Program-made: the position numbers and the translations under genes
Shown here: piece by piece, positions 54,175 to 63,487 of the stretch
How positions within the stretch are numbered: the stretch's first letter is position 1
Layout: every line of letters begins with the position of its first letter
From: a virus
Strand: one strand, 5' to 3'
Virus record (IMG/VR): IMGVR_UViG_3300046170_000299
DNA length: 64,000 nucleotides
The notes under the pieces: model-generated
Seen by the model: only the letters and a program-made list of their open reading frames with translations
The model's database searches: none
Told to the model about the DNA's origin: nothing

Positions 54175-55320
54175 ATGGCATCAGAATTAAGAGTAGATCA
54201 ACTTAAATATACCGCCGCAGGTAGTTCAACCAATCCCAACATTTCGTTGAATACGGATGGTTCATGTACTTTCGGTGGTAATATTGACATTGGCAATAAT
54301 AGTTTACTTGTAAATGGTTCGCCATTTTCAACTTTGCCAGAACAGTTTCCTGAAAGTGCTGGCGAAAATAGCACTGTTGGTGCCACACTGAAATCAGATG
54401 GTACTAACGCTTATTGGGAAAACACTGTTGAGTTTGCCGATGGTTTTAATATTACCAGAGGATATCCAGCAGCAGGTTATAGAGGTGGTGCTGCATGGAG
54501 AAATATTAACCGTTGTACACATGCTACGTTTAGCAACACTAACATTGGCGACAGAATTGATCAATCTGACGCATATACAGCAGGTGCTCAAAACGCTGCT
54601 ATGAGAGCATACGTTTTCTGTACAGCAAACGGTTGGAACAATACTGGTAACTATGTTTCTAGTTTCAGCATGGTCACTGAGTCTAATGCTGGTGCTGCAA
54701 CATCGATGCAGACTTCAAGAAACAGAACTTCTGTTATGAAGAGAGACTTTAAGTATGCATATGTTTGTGGAAACAATAACAACAATCCAGACAGATATGA
54801 CCTAACCAATGACGCTGTATCAACTGTTAGTGGTGGTGGATCTACTGGTGGTGATAACCCTGCATGTGGTTATGGCGAAACTAAAGGTTGGTATAAGCAA
54901 GGTGGTAACGGATATAGCTTTGACTGGTCAACTCAGTCTTGGTCTGGTTGGAGTTCTGCTCCTGGTACTGATGGAACTAACAAGACTTGGAACTCTCGTC
55001 TTGGTTTCTCTTATTGGAATACTGCAGGTGGTTATAGAACTAACGCTGCACTCTCAAGAAGAGATGACATTACTGGTTCTAACCTAGCATCGGTTGGCAA
55101 ACCAGCAACTACTGGTGAAGAAACATTCCATACTGGAATGACTCATGGATTTATGAACGGTATGTATGATGGTGGTCAGAACAACACTGGTGGTCAAGTA
55201 AGTTTCTCTACACACTCATTTGGATTAAATGGCAGTCTTAACTCTCAGGGAACACCTGGTAGAGCGTCGGGTGCTGCTATTGAATATGGTACTTTAGCTT
55301 CAGGATATACAGGAATTTAA
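54175..55320 (+). CDS. fibre-tip / beta-propeller-like adhesin candidate
   Basis: MASELRVD N-terminus; RGYPAAGYRGG then about 40-aa G/aromatic repeats; CTAAATA at 54143. Confidence 0.65.
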   Translation: MASELRVDQLKYTAAGSSTNPNISLNTDGSCTFGGNIDIGNNSLLVNGSPFSTLPEQFPESAGENSTVGATLKSDGTNAYWENTVEFADGFNITRGYPAAGYRGGAAWRNINRCTHATFSNTNIGDRIDQSDAYTAGAQNAAMRAYVFCTANGWNNTGNYVSSFSMVTESNAGAATSMQTSRNRTSVMKRDFKYAYVCGNNNNNPDRYDLTNDAVSTVSGGGSTGGDNPACGYGETKGWYKQGGNGYSFDWSTQSWSGWSSAPGTDGTNKTWNSRLGFSYWNTAGGYRTNAALSRRDDITGSNLASVGKPATTGEETFHTGMTHGFMNGMYDGGQNNTGGQVSFSTHSFGLNGSLNSQGTPGRASGAAIEYGTLASGYTGI

Positions 55321-55322
55321 AT

Positions 55323-56084
55323 ATGTCTAAAAGATACTTCGTTGGTAAACTCCCCGACCTAACAAAATTAATTACATACCAACCAATCAACTCTATTCTT
55401 GATTGGTACGTTTTCTCATTAGATTCGGAAGACTTAAATGGCATCAATTCTCTATCAGACAGATTTGTCGAGATGGATACAGAGATGGCAGTATTTGGTA
55501 TGAGAAGTCTTGGTGATATTCGTTCTACTATTAAAGTTCCTGCTGATGAATTAAAGTCAGAAGCAGATTTTGATAATCTAACTTATGCTGACATGGCACC
55601 TGAAGGACCAAAAGCAGCAGTTCCTGTCACACAGAAAAGATATAATACTATTCTAAGAACTATGAAGTTCTTGGCAAAATTAATTGTTGAGCAAACTTTT
55701 GAGCAAAGGTTCTTAGCTCTAGATGAAGGTGTCACTGCATTAGAGAAAAAGACATGGGAATATCAAAATGATGATGTAGATAATGATAATGATTACATTA
55801 TCAGAGAACTATCAACAGCTAAGGGTGTTGCTCCATCTGATTTAAAAACATTAGTTCAAGAAAAAAGAAATGCTTATAACAGAAATGTAAAAGCACTCTA
55901 CCTTAAATCTGCAGAAATTAAAAAAGAGTTCTCAGATTGCGATACAATTAGGAAGATAAATAGGTTATATGAGAAGTACCTTGGTCTTCCAATGCCAGAA
56001 CAACAGGCAAAAGAAGAAAATAAGTATACTCTTGTTGAGGGTATTTACATCAGAGAAGAGGTAAAACCTGGTATTAAGTTCTAA
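55323..56084 (+). CDS. probable tail-fibre assembly/chaperone protein
   Basis: EKKTWEYQ…IRELSTAKGV….LKTLVQEK resembles the fibre-chaperone E..TW..Q…LA..RG pattern. Confidence 0.5.
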   Translation: MSKRYFVGKLPDLTKLITYQPINSILDWYVFSLDSEDLNGINSLSDRFVEMDTEMAVFGMRSLGDIRSTIKVPADELKSEADFDNLTYADMAPEGPKAAVPVTQKRYNTILRTMKFLAKLIVEQTFEQRFLALDEGVTALEKKTWEYQNDDVDNDNDYIIRELSTAKGVAPSDLKTLVQEKRNAYNRNVKALYLKSAEIKKEFSDCDTIRKINRLYEKYLGLPMPEQQAKEENKYTLVEGIYIREEVKPGIKF

Positions 56085-56104
56085 TCATTATTTTTTGATT
56101 TATT

Positions 56105-56878
56105 ATGAGTGTAATTACAGATAGAGAAATTAGAGATATTGCTGTAAGAGTATCTCTTGGTATGTCGAAGAATCAAATTTTAGACTATGTGATTAAATCA
56201 CATGTCACGGAAGATCGACAACTAAAACAAGTTTTGTTAGAGATCGAGAATCGATCACATCAATATGAAAAAATGCTCCTCGATGAAAAGAAGGGAGATA
56301 TTCGTTTGCGTCGTGATAAAGCTTTACTAGAGAAACTCCAAGCAGAAGATGGAGATGAGTTTGAGATTGAATTTGCTGCAGCTGAAGTTGAGTTTGCTGA
56401 ACTCGATAAAGAAATGTGGAGTAGAAGAAAGGGTCAAGCAGAATACGAACTGCAAGTTTTCTTAGACTATGTTAAAGACAAAGGTCTAACAAAACAAGAT
56501 TTACTGAATGCAGTTGAATGGGATGAAGAAGATGAAAGAAAGTATTGGATTGCAAGACTTGGTAAACAAGCTGCTCTAGATATTATGGCGAATGGTAGAG
56601 TTGGTGTTGGCAACATGGATTCTATTGCTATGATGAAAGAAGAAGACCAAGTTGGTATTCTTGATGTTGCATCTCAGTATGCTTGTCTGATGAAGATCTC
56701 TATGGATAAGATTCAGGGAAGAACAGAAAAGTATTTCCAAGCATATGCTGAGTCTCCTGACGTTCAAGTTCCTACATTCCATGGTGTAGAGAACAACCTT
56801 AACATTCCACTTTTAGATCAAATCCGTGATGAACTCAATGACAAGCGTCTTCAGTCTGCCGATCAATCCAAAGATTGA
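56105..56878 (+). CDS. coiled-coil hypothetical protein (YWIARLGKQAALD…GVGNMDSI)
   Basis: ORF track; heptad-rich. Confidence 0.7.
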   Translation: MSVITDREIRDIAVRVSLGMSKNQILDYVIKSHVTEDRQLKQVLLEIENRSHQYEKMLLDEKKGDIRLRRDKALLEKLQAEDGDEFEIEFAAAEVEFAELDKEMWSRRKGQAEYELQVFLDYVKDKGLTKQDLLNAVEWDEEDERKYWIARLGKQAALDIMANGRVGVGNMDSIAMMKEEDQVGILDVASQYACLMKISMDKIQGRTEKYFQAYAESPDVQVPTFHGVENNLNIPLLDQIRDELNDKRLQSADQSKD

Positions 56879-58544
56879 TAAAAAATTTGCTGAGGAAACT
56901 TTTATACCATTCCTCATTGAGCATAAACATTTAATTTACGATCTGTATTTCACCTGTCGTATTCCTCCTTTTAATCAGGATGCGATGGGTGACATTTTTG
57001 TAGTTGATCCTGTTAGAGGAACTACAAGAAATGCATTGTTTATTTCTCAAGAGACAGGTATTCCTTTATCCGCCACATTTAATAATATGTGGATTAGACC
57101 AGATCAGAAAAATCTAGATCTGTGGATAGAAAATTTTAAACCTTTGTATGATAAGGGTGTTCGTATTGTAACTCTACCTCACACATCATGGGTTTCTTCG
57201 GGACAAATTCAAAGAGAATTTCCTGAACTGTTTATCAAAAACACGATCCTTAGAGAAGTTACAAAAGCAAATGAAATTGTTGCTTGTGCTAGAGCAGGAT
57301 TCCATTATGTAAATCTTGATAGAGATTTGATGAGAGATAGAGATGCTCTCAACAGAGTTATCGAAGCAAAAGAATATTGTGCATCTATTGGTAAACCAGT
57401 AAAACTGTCATTGCTAGCTAATGAAAATTGCTGGGGTGGTTGTCCTATTATGCCAGAGCACTATCAATACAATTGCACAAGAGATGATAGTCCTCAATAT
57501 TTTAATTCTGAAATTAGTAGAGTATCTTGTTCTACTTGGGACGTAACAGAATCATCTGCATCTCTTAAGGCAGCAAACATTCCACCTTGGAGAGAAGACT
57601 GGCAAGAGTTTCTTGATCTAGGTATTGATGTATTCAAGATGCATGGTAGAGAAAGTGCTGTCAGACTGTTGGAGTCTATGGACATCATTAAAAAATGGAA
57701 TGATGGTGATGAAATTCTTTTCCCACGTATGAATGTATACATGGAAGATCTTAATATGAAAGATCGACCAATTGACATCTGGAGAGATAAAATCAAAAAC
57801 TGTAAGTTTGATTGCTGGGAATGTAATTATTGTGATACAGTTGTTGAAGCACATCTCAAAAAACAAGAGAGAGTATGTCATCCATTTGTAACAAGATGTT
57901 TAGACTCCATTGATAAAGCTATTGAAGGGAAGTCAAAGTTTGATCACGACATTCAGGGTCTAACTTCTGATAAGGTAAGACACTTCCTTAACAATCTTTG
58001 TTCTTACGAGGATACAAAGTATCTAGAAATTGGTGTGTTCAATGGAAGCACATTCTGTGCAGCAATTCAAGGTAATGATATTACTGCTTATGCAGCAGAT
58101 CATTGGCGTGATGTAGATATCAAACCAATCAGAGAAGACATTCCATGGAATGATGAAGAGGGATCTATTGAAACATTCATTGAGAATGTTAAATCTGTGT
58201 GGACAGACAATAGTAATATTGCAATTTTGAATGGTGATATTCGTGAAGCTACAGAAGAGAATCTAGATCAAAAAGTCAATACTATTTTCTATGATGCAGA
58301 TCATGAATTAAATGTACAGAGAAGTTGTTTAAATCATATTCTTCAATATACAGAAAATGAATTTATTTTAGTTGTTGATGATGCAAACCTTGAAGGTGTA
58401 TTAACATCCACAAAAGAGTTTATTGCTGAGAATAATATTACACTTTTATATGAGAGAAGTATTCTTACTGGTGAGATTGAAGATGTTGATTCTTGGTGGA
58501 ACGGCGTGAATATTTTTGTATTGAAAAAGAATGAATCTAACTGA
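56838..58544 (+). CDS. U32-family (Fe-S hydroxylase-like) domain fused to a class I SAM methyltransferase
   Basis: NENCWGGC…C…C cysteines, GIDVFKMHGRE (cf. U32 GVDSLKIEGR), CKFDCWECNYC; C-terminal YLEIGVFNGS and IFYDADH. Confidence 0.7.
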   Translation: MTSVFSLPINPKIDKKFAEETFIPFLIEHKHLIYDLYFTCRIPPFNQDAMGDIFVVDPVRGTTRNALFISQETGIPLSATFNNMWIRPDQKNLDLWIENFKPLYDKGVRIVTLPHTSWVSSGQIQREFPELFIKNTILREVTKANEIVACARAGFHYVNLDRDLMRDRDALNRVIEAKEYCASIGKPVKLSLLANENCWGGCPIMPEHYQYNCTRDDSPQYFNSEISRVSCSTWDVTESSASLKAANIPPWREDWQEFLDLGIDVFKMHGRESAVRLLESMDIIKKWNDGDEILFPRMNVYMEDLNMKDRPIDIWRDKIKNCKFDCWECNYCDTVVEAHLKKQERVCHPFVTRCLDSIDKAIEGKSKFDHDIQGLTSDKVRHFLNNLCSYEDTKYLEIGVFNGSTFCAAIQGNDITAYAADHWRDVDIKPIREDIPWNDEEGSIETFIENVKSVWTDNSNIAILNGDIREATEENLDQKVNTIFYDADHELNVQRSCLNHILQYTENEFILVVDDANLEGVLTSTKEFIAENNITLLYERSILTGEIEDVDSWWNGVNIFVLKKNESN

Positions 58545-59172
58545 CATTTTTCCTAAAGCTATTGGTAGAGAAGTTTACCCAGACTGTGATGCATTAAAGA
58601 AACAAGTAGTTGACATGATGCAAGGTGAAAATATGCTTACCAATGCAATGAATGGTAAACTACATCATTATGATAATACATCTGGCAGATCATTTCTACA
58701 CAGAGAAGAAATGGATGAGTTTAGGCGATGGTTGGAAGATCAATGCACTTCTTTCGTTGCTGATGATTTGGGATATGATCTTCCTGAAAGAATGATTATT
58801 ACAGATAGTTGGTTGAATCTTTGTGATGCTGGCGGAAGTCAGTATCCACATTTTCATACTAATGCATTTATATCTGGAACGTATTATGTCTGTCATGAAG
58901 AAGGACATGCACCATTATTTTTTAGACATCCAGATGGTTCTACCCATTCACAAGTACCATCAATTTCATTGTTGCCAGATATGAATAAGTTGGGGAAATA
59001 TAATTGTGATGTAATCATGCATCCATCTGAAGGAGAAGTCATGCTATGGCAATCTAATCTCACTCATGGTTATTCTGATAACCAAAAAGACGGTAGAGTT
59101 TCTATCTCTATGAATTTTATGCCGTCACTAATTGTTGACGACAAGTATTCATACAGGGTTTCTCCAACCTAA
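58531..59172 (+). CDS. putative 2OG-Fe(II) oxygenase (TIGR02466-like)
   Basis: PHFHTNAFISGTYYV, WQSNLTHG, RVSISMN. Confidence 0.85.
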   Translation: MNLTDIFPKAIGREVYPDCDALKKQVVDMMQGENMLTNAMNGKLHHYDNTSGRSFLHREEMDEFRRWLEDQCTSFVADDLGYDLPERMIITDSWLNLCDAGGSQYPHFHTNAFISGTYYVCHEEGHAPLFFRHPDGSTHSQVPSISLLPDMNKLGKYNCDVIMHPSEGEVMLWQSNLTHGYSDNQKDGRVSISMNFMPSLIVDDKYSYRVSPT

Positions 59173-59205
59173 TAAATACAGTATACACTATCATATTTGA
59201 TAATA

Positions 59206-59412
59206 ATGACCATGGATCCCGCACAACTAAAAAAGAATTTTGAAGAGCAGATTGCTACTACAGATAAGCAGATTCGTGAACTAGAAGAGAATCTAGCTAA
59301 AGCAAAGGAATATAAAATTAAACTCTCAGGTGGTTTAGAGACTATTGGACTACTTACTGGGGAAGAAGAAGCACCACCTACAGAACCTCCTGCAGAGGCA
59401 CCAGCAGAATAA
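59206..59412 (+). CDS. small coiled-coil protein upstream of g13
   Basis: ORF track; ATAAATA at 59172-59178. Confidence 0.7.
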   Translation: MTMDPAQLKKNFEEQIATTDKQIRELEENLAKAKEYKIKLSGGLETIGLLTGEEEAPPTEPPAEAPAE

Positions 59413-59440
59413 TCCCTAAATAACTATGAAGGGATTTTTT
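59411..59440 (+). terminator. hairpin terminator with a late promoter in its loop
   Basis: AATCCCT-AAATAACTATGA-AGGGATT then TTTT; CTAAATA at 59416-59422. Confidence 0.6.
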
Positions 59441-59447
59441 GTGTGTA

Positions 59448-60260
59448 ATGGCATCTCCAAACTCAAGAGCTGATCTCATCACATATTGCAAGAGGCAATT
59501 AGGCGAACCTGTATTGCAAGTTAACGTTGATGACGAACAGGTAAATAATGTAATTGATGATACCGTTCAGTTTTTTCAAGAGAACTGTTACAACGGTATG
59601 GAGCGTGCTTTTTTATATCACGAATTAACTGAAGACGATAAAACTAGGTTTGCAGCTAGTGTATCCACAACCAAAACAGATGGGGCCGATACTGTAACTT
59701 GGAAAGAGACTACAAATTATATACCTATACCATCACATGTAACTGGTATTAGTAAAGTATTTGGTCTTGTCAGTAACTCAATCCGTTCAAATCTATTTGG
59801 TATTGAGTATCAAATGTTCCTGAATGATCTCTATGCATTTGGATCACTTGATATCCTCAACTATTATATGACTAAGCAATATCTAGAAACTCTAGATATG
59901 GTTCTAAACAATGGAAGTTTCCAGCAGTTTAGATTCACAGCACGTCGTGATCGTCTTTATATGGATCTAGATAAGGATTTCTTGAAAAAAGAATCTAATA
60001 TCCTTATTGAATGTCATCGCATGATTGACCCCAATGATGCTACTGAGATGTACAATGATTTGTTTGTTAAACGGTATGCCACAGCTTTGTTAAAGAAGCA
60101 GTGGGGTCAGAACTTAATTAAGTACAACAACGTTCAGTTACCTGGCGGCATCACGCTTAACGGTAGAGAGTTATATACAGACGCACTAGCAGAAATTGAG
60201 AAAATCGAAAGCGAAGTTCTCAGTAAGTATGCAATTCCCCCTATGGATATGATCGGATAA
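59448..60260 (+). CDS. g13: neck protein gp13
   Basis: SRADLITYCKRQLGEPVLQVNVDDEQ; KKQWGQNLIKYNNVQLPGGITLNG. Confidence 0.95.
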   Translation: MASPNSRADLITYCKRQLGEPVLQVNVDDEQVNNVIDDTVQFFQENCYNGMERAFLYHELTEDDKTRFAASVSTTKTDGADTVTWKETTNYIPIPSHVTGISKVFGLVSNSIRSNLFGIEYQMFLNDLYAFGSLDILNYYMTKQYLETLDMVLNNGSFQQFRFTARRDRLYMDLDKDFLKKESNILIECHRMIDPNDATEMYNDLFVKRYATALLKKQWGQNLIKYNNVQLPGGITLNGRELYTDALAEIEKIESEVLSKYAIPPMDMIG

Positions 60261-60261
60261 A

Positions 60262-61386
60262 ATGCCTACCAGTTCCTATTTTCCAACATACTATCAAGGT
60301 CACAGTGGCGAACAAGGTCTCGTTCAGGATCTTGTGGATGAGCAAATCAAACTGTTTGGTACAGATATTTACTATATCCCCAAGATAGTTCTACAAGACA
60401 GCACTCTGGATGAAGTTAGATACACTAAGTATCAAGAACAATTCCAAATTGAGATGTTGTTACAGAACGTCACGGGTTTTGGTGACAATGCTGAGTTCAT
60501 CTCCAAGTTCGGTTTAAGAATTACAGATGAAATTATCTTCCGTGTGTCTACAAGACGTTGGGATGAAGAGGTAGCAGATCATAGTCCTAACCTTACTGTT
60601 ACTAGTAGACCTAATGAGGGAGACTTATTGTACTTCCCACTAACAAAAGATATCTACGAGATTAAATTTGTTGGTAAGGAAGAACCATTCTTCCAGTTTG
60701 GTAAGATCCAATTCTACGCTATCACTGCTGAAATCTATGAGGTTGGTAGTGATGACTTTGATACTGGAGTTACTGAGATTGATGCAATAGAACAACTCTT
60801 TGACAATGCAATCAAACTGGTAATGGATCCTGGTGGTGCAGGAGACTTTACTGTAGGAGAGGAAGTTGTTGGTGATGAGTTCTTAGCTAAGGCAACATCT
60901 GCTATTACAGGAGATGCTGTTTCAGGTATTACAATTTCAGATGGTGGAGCACATTACAAAGTTGCTACGCCACCATCAGTAACTATCACTGGAGGAGGAG
61001 GTACAGGTGCAACAGCGACTGCAACAGTTAGTAGCACTGGTATCGTCAATGGTATTACTATCACTAGTGCAGGTAGTGGTTATACCTCCGCTCCTACTAT
61101 TACTATTGATTACTCACCTAAAGACAATAGAGCAGAAGTCAAGTCTTGGGATAGCACAACCAGATCTCTGTCAGTCATCAATAGAACTGGAACATTCACC
61201 ACTGCTGAAGTAATCACTGGTTTAACTTCAGGTGCTAAGTGGAGTCCAGAAACTTTCGACACTCTAAATAACGTCAACAGCAACTACGATCAAAATAGAC
61301 AGATCGAAAATGATGCTGACAATATAGTAGATTGGAGTGAAGGAAACCCATTCGGTGAATTTGGTAATTTTACAGGTAGTATCTAA
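60262..61386 (+). CDS. g14: neck protein gp14
   Basis: EQIKLFGTDIYYIP, RPNEGDLLYFPL…EPFFQFGK, SEGNPFGE. Confidence 0.93.
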   Translation: MPTSSYFPTYYQGHSGEQGLVQDLVDEQIKLFGTDIYYIPKIVLQDSTLDEVRYTKYQEQFQIEMLLQNVTGFGDNAEFISKFGLRITDEIIFRVSTRRWDEEVADHSPNLTVTSRPNEGDLLYFPLTKDIYEIKFVGKEEPFFQFGKIQFYAITAEIYEVGSDDFDTGVTEIDAIEQLFDNAIKLVMDPGGAGDFTVGEEVVGDEFLAKATSAITGDAVSGITISDGGAHYKVATPPSVTITGGGGTGATATATVSSTGIVNGITITSAGSGYTSAPTITIDYSPKDNRAEVKSWDSTTRSLSVINRTGTFTTAEVITGLTSGAKWSPETFDTLNNVNSNYDQNRQIENDADNIVDWSEGNPFGEFGNFTGSI

Positions 61387-62186
61387 TGTTAGGATCACAT
61401 TTTTATAATCAAATTGTTCGCAAGAACATTGTAGCGTTTGGTACGCTCTTCAATAATATTACTATGAAGAGTACAGATCCTAGCGACGGTACTGTATTAG
61501 AAGAACTTAAAGTTCCTTTGGCATATGGTCCCAAACAAAAGTTTATTGTCAGACTAGAAGAGAACGCATCTAATAGAAAAGTAGCAATCACTTTACCAAG
61601 ATTGTATTTTGAGATGACTAGTATTGACTATGATTCAACTCGTAAGACATCTCCAATTCAAAAATATAAAACTATCATTGATGGTAATGGTGGTGAAGTA
61701 AGAGTACAGTATGTGCCTGTTCCTTATAATTTAAGTTTTGAATTAGGAGTAATGGCAAAATCTCAAGATGATGCATTACAAATTACCGAACAGATTTTAC
61801 CATACTTTCAACCATCATTTTCTATAACTCTCAATATGATTCCTGATATGGATGAGAAGAGAGATATTGCTATTGTTCTGAATAATGTTAGCTATGAAGA
61901 TGAATGGGATGACAGTTTTTATGAGCGTAGATATATCATCTACACTCTTAACTTCACAATGAAGTCTTATCTATACGGTCCTTACAATACTGCTGACGTT
62001 ATTAAGAAAGCAATCATTCATGAAACACTTGGTGATGCTGCCGTTAATCGCAGAGCAATCACACGAACATATACACCAGTTGCCAAGACAGATATTAATA
62101 CCGATGGTAATATCGATGCAGCAGATACTGCGCTATTAGACTCTGGTGATGACTTTGGATTTAATGAAGGGATTCAGATATTATGA
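61386..62186 (+). CDS. g15: tail sheath stabiliser gp15
   Basis: FYNQIVRKNIVAFGTLFNNI, VPLAYGPKQKF, EQILPYFQP. Confidence 0.95.
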   Translation: MLGSHFYNQIVRKNIVAFGTLFNNITMKSTDPSDGTVLEELKVPLAYGPKQKFIVRLEENASNRKVAITLPRLYFEMTSIDYDSTRKTSPIQKYKTIIDGNGGEVRVQYVPVPYNLSFELGVMAKSQDDALQITEQILPYFQPSFSITLNMIPDMDEKRDIAIVLNNVSYEDEWDDSFYERRYIIYTLNFTMKSYLYGPYNTADVIKKAIIHETLGDAAVNRRAITRTYTPVAKTDINTDGNIDAADTALLDSGDDFGFNEGIQIL

Positions 62187-62590
62187 GTAGCTTAGAAGAT
62201 AACATGGAGGAGATGCTAAACATCAGTGTTGATGTTGAGTCGCAACCTGTCAAACCTGCAGGTCCTAAAATTGACAAGGATGATCAGACAAAAGACTATG
62301 AATATACTCGCGCTGAATTATACTCGCTCATAGATCAGGGTCAGGAGGCGGTCAGAGGCGCTTTAGAGGTCGCTCAGGAGTCAGGGCACCCAAGAGCGTA
62401 TGAAGTCGCTGTAGCGGCAATGAAGCACGTCGCAGACATGGCTGAGAAACTACAGGACTTACATAAGAAAATGAAAGACCTAGATGAAGAGAAAAAAGGT
62501 CCTTCTAAAGTCACTAATAATGCGATGTTTGTAGGTTCTACATCAGAACTACAAAAGATGTTAAAAGAAATGGGCGGTGGAAAACGCTAA
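62183..62590 (+). CDS. g16: terminase small subunit gp16
   Basis: DYEYTR..L..LI..G…A.ESGHPRAYEV; NNAMFVGSTSELQKML. Confidence 0.93.
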   Translation: MSSLEDNMEEMLNISVDVESQPVKPAGPKIDKDDQTKDYEYTRAELYSLIDQGQEAVRGALEVAQESGHPRAYEVAVAAMKHVADMAEKLQDLHKKMKDLDEEKKGPSKVTNNAMFVGSTSELQKMLKEMGGGKR

Positions 62591-62617
62591 ATAATCCAGT
62601 TAACCCTGATACTTGGT

Positions 62618-62932
62618 ATGAAAAAGTACGAAGAATTTAAAAGACTTGCCGAGTCTGCCAAAGCTCAGGAGAACGAGATTTTAGAAAGTGCAGCCTGGAC
62701 AAAAAAGGCTGGCAAATCAAAAGAAGGTGGACTTAACGAGAAAGGACGAAAGTCTTATGAGAAGGAAAATCCAGGATCTGACCTCAAGGCACCAAGCAAG
62801 AAGGCTGGAAATCCCCGTAGGGCATCGTTTTGCGCTCGAATGAAAGGAATGAAAAAGAAATTAACTTCAAAGAAAACTGCCAGTGATCCTGATAGTAGGA
62901 TTAACAAATCATTAAGAGCTTGGAATTGCTGA
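62618..62932 (+). CDS. conserved basic protein (AWTKKAGKSKEGGLN…RRASFCARM…SLRAWNC)
   Basis: ORF track; CTAAATA at 62587. Confidence 0.75.
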   Translation: MKKYEEFKRLAESAKAQENEILESAAWTKKAGKSKEGGLNEKGRKSYEKENPGSDLKAPSKKAGNPRRASFCARMKGMKKKLTSKKTASDPDSRINKSLRAWNC

Positions 62933-62993
62933 CATAGCAGGTAAAATTATTGTTAAAATGGTGTAAAATTACTCAGTGAACCTATAATTAGAT

Positions 62994-63161
62994 ATGAGTT
63001 TTACTAATAAAATGAGATTGAACGATACCGATGTCACACGTCTCCTTACTGCCTGTAAACTCTACCAAGAGAATACTGGTAGTGAATACATGTGGGATCA
63101 ATATGATGACTTGATTAATAAACTCAAAGTTTATAAAGAACAATATTCAACCGACAAATGA
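62994..63161 (+). CDS. small protein (MSFTNK)MRLNDTDVTRLLTACKLYQENTGSEYMWDQYDDLINKL…
   Basis: Hand-translated; TATAAT at 62983-62988; ATGA-coupled to petE. Confidence 0.65.
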   Translation: MSFTNKMRLNDTDVTRLLTACKLYQENTGSEYMWDQYDDLINKLKVYKEQYSTDK

Positions 63162-63487
63162 AATTTATTATTGCAATTTTAGCTACACTATTTCTTGCTG
63201 CCCCAGTGTGGGCAGTAGATGTTGTAATGGGTGCTGGTGGTAATCTAGTATTTGAACCCAATGATATTACAATTTCTACAGGAGAAACACTTCACTTCGT
63301 TAACGAAGCACTACCTCCTCACAATATTATTGTAGAGGGTCGTGCAGATCTTTCTAGAGAATCGTTGTTGTTTGCTCCTGGAGAATCACAAGACATCTTA
63401 TTTGCTGACGCAGGAGACTATAATTTCTTCTGTGGTCCTCACCAAGGTGCTGGTATGACAGGCGTTATTCACGTAAAGGATGCATGA
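63158..63487 (+). CDS. petE: plastocyanin
   Basis: Signal peptide …VWA; LVFEP, PHN and FFCGPHQGAGM type-1 copper ligands. Confidence 0.95.
   Translation: MKFIIAILATLFLAAPVWAVDVVMGAGGNLVFEPNDITISTGETLHFVNEALPPHNIIVEGRADLSRESLLFAPGESQDILFADAGDYNFFCGPHQGAGMTGVIHVKDA

Noticed and set aside
17049-62000. Numerous minus-strand and alternate-frame ORFs of 60-125 aa within structural genes
   Set aside because: They are shadows of long + strand genes with biased codons, have no promoters or recognisable motifs, and there is no sign of minus-strand transcription units.
15035-62590. Introns, inteins or homing endonucleases in core structural genes
   Set aside because: No LAGLIDADG, GIY-YIG, HNH or intein splice motifs were seen, and the breaks are single-base rather than insertions.
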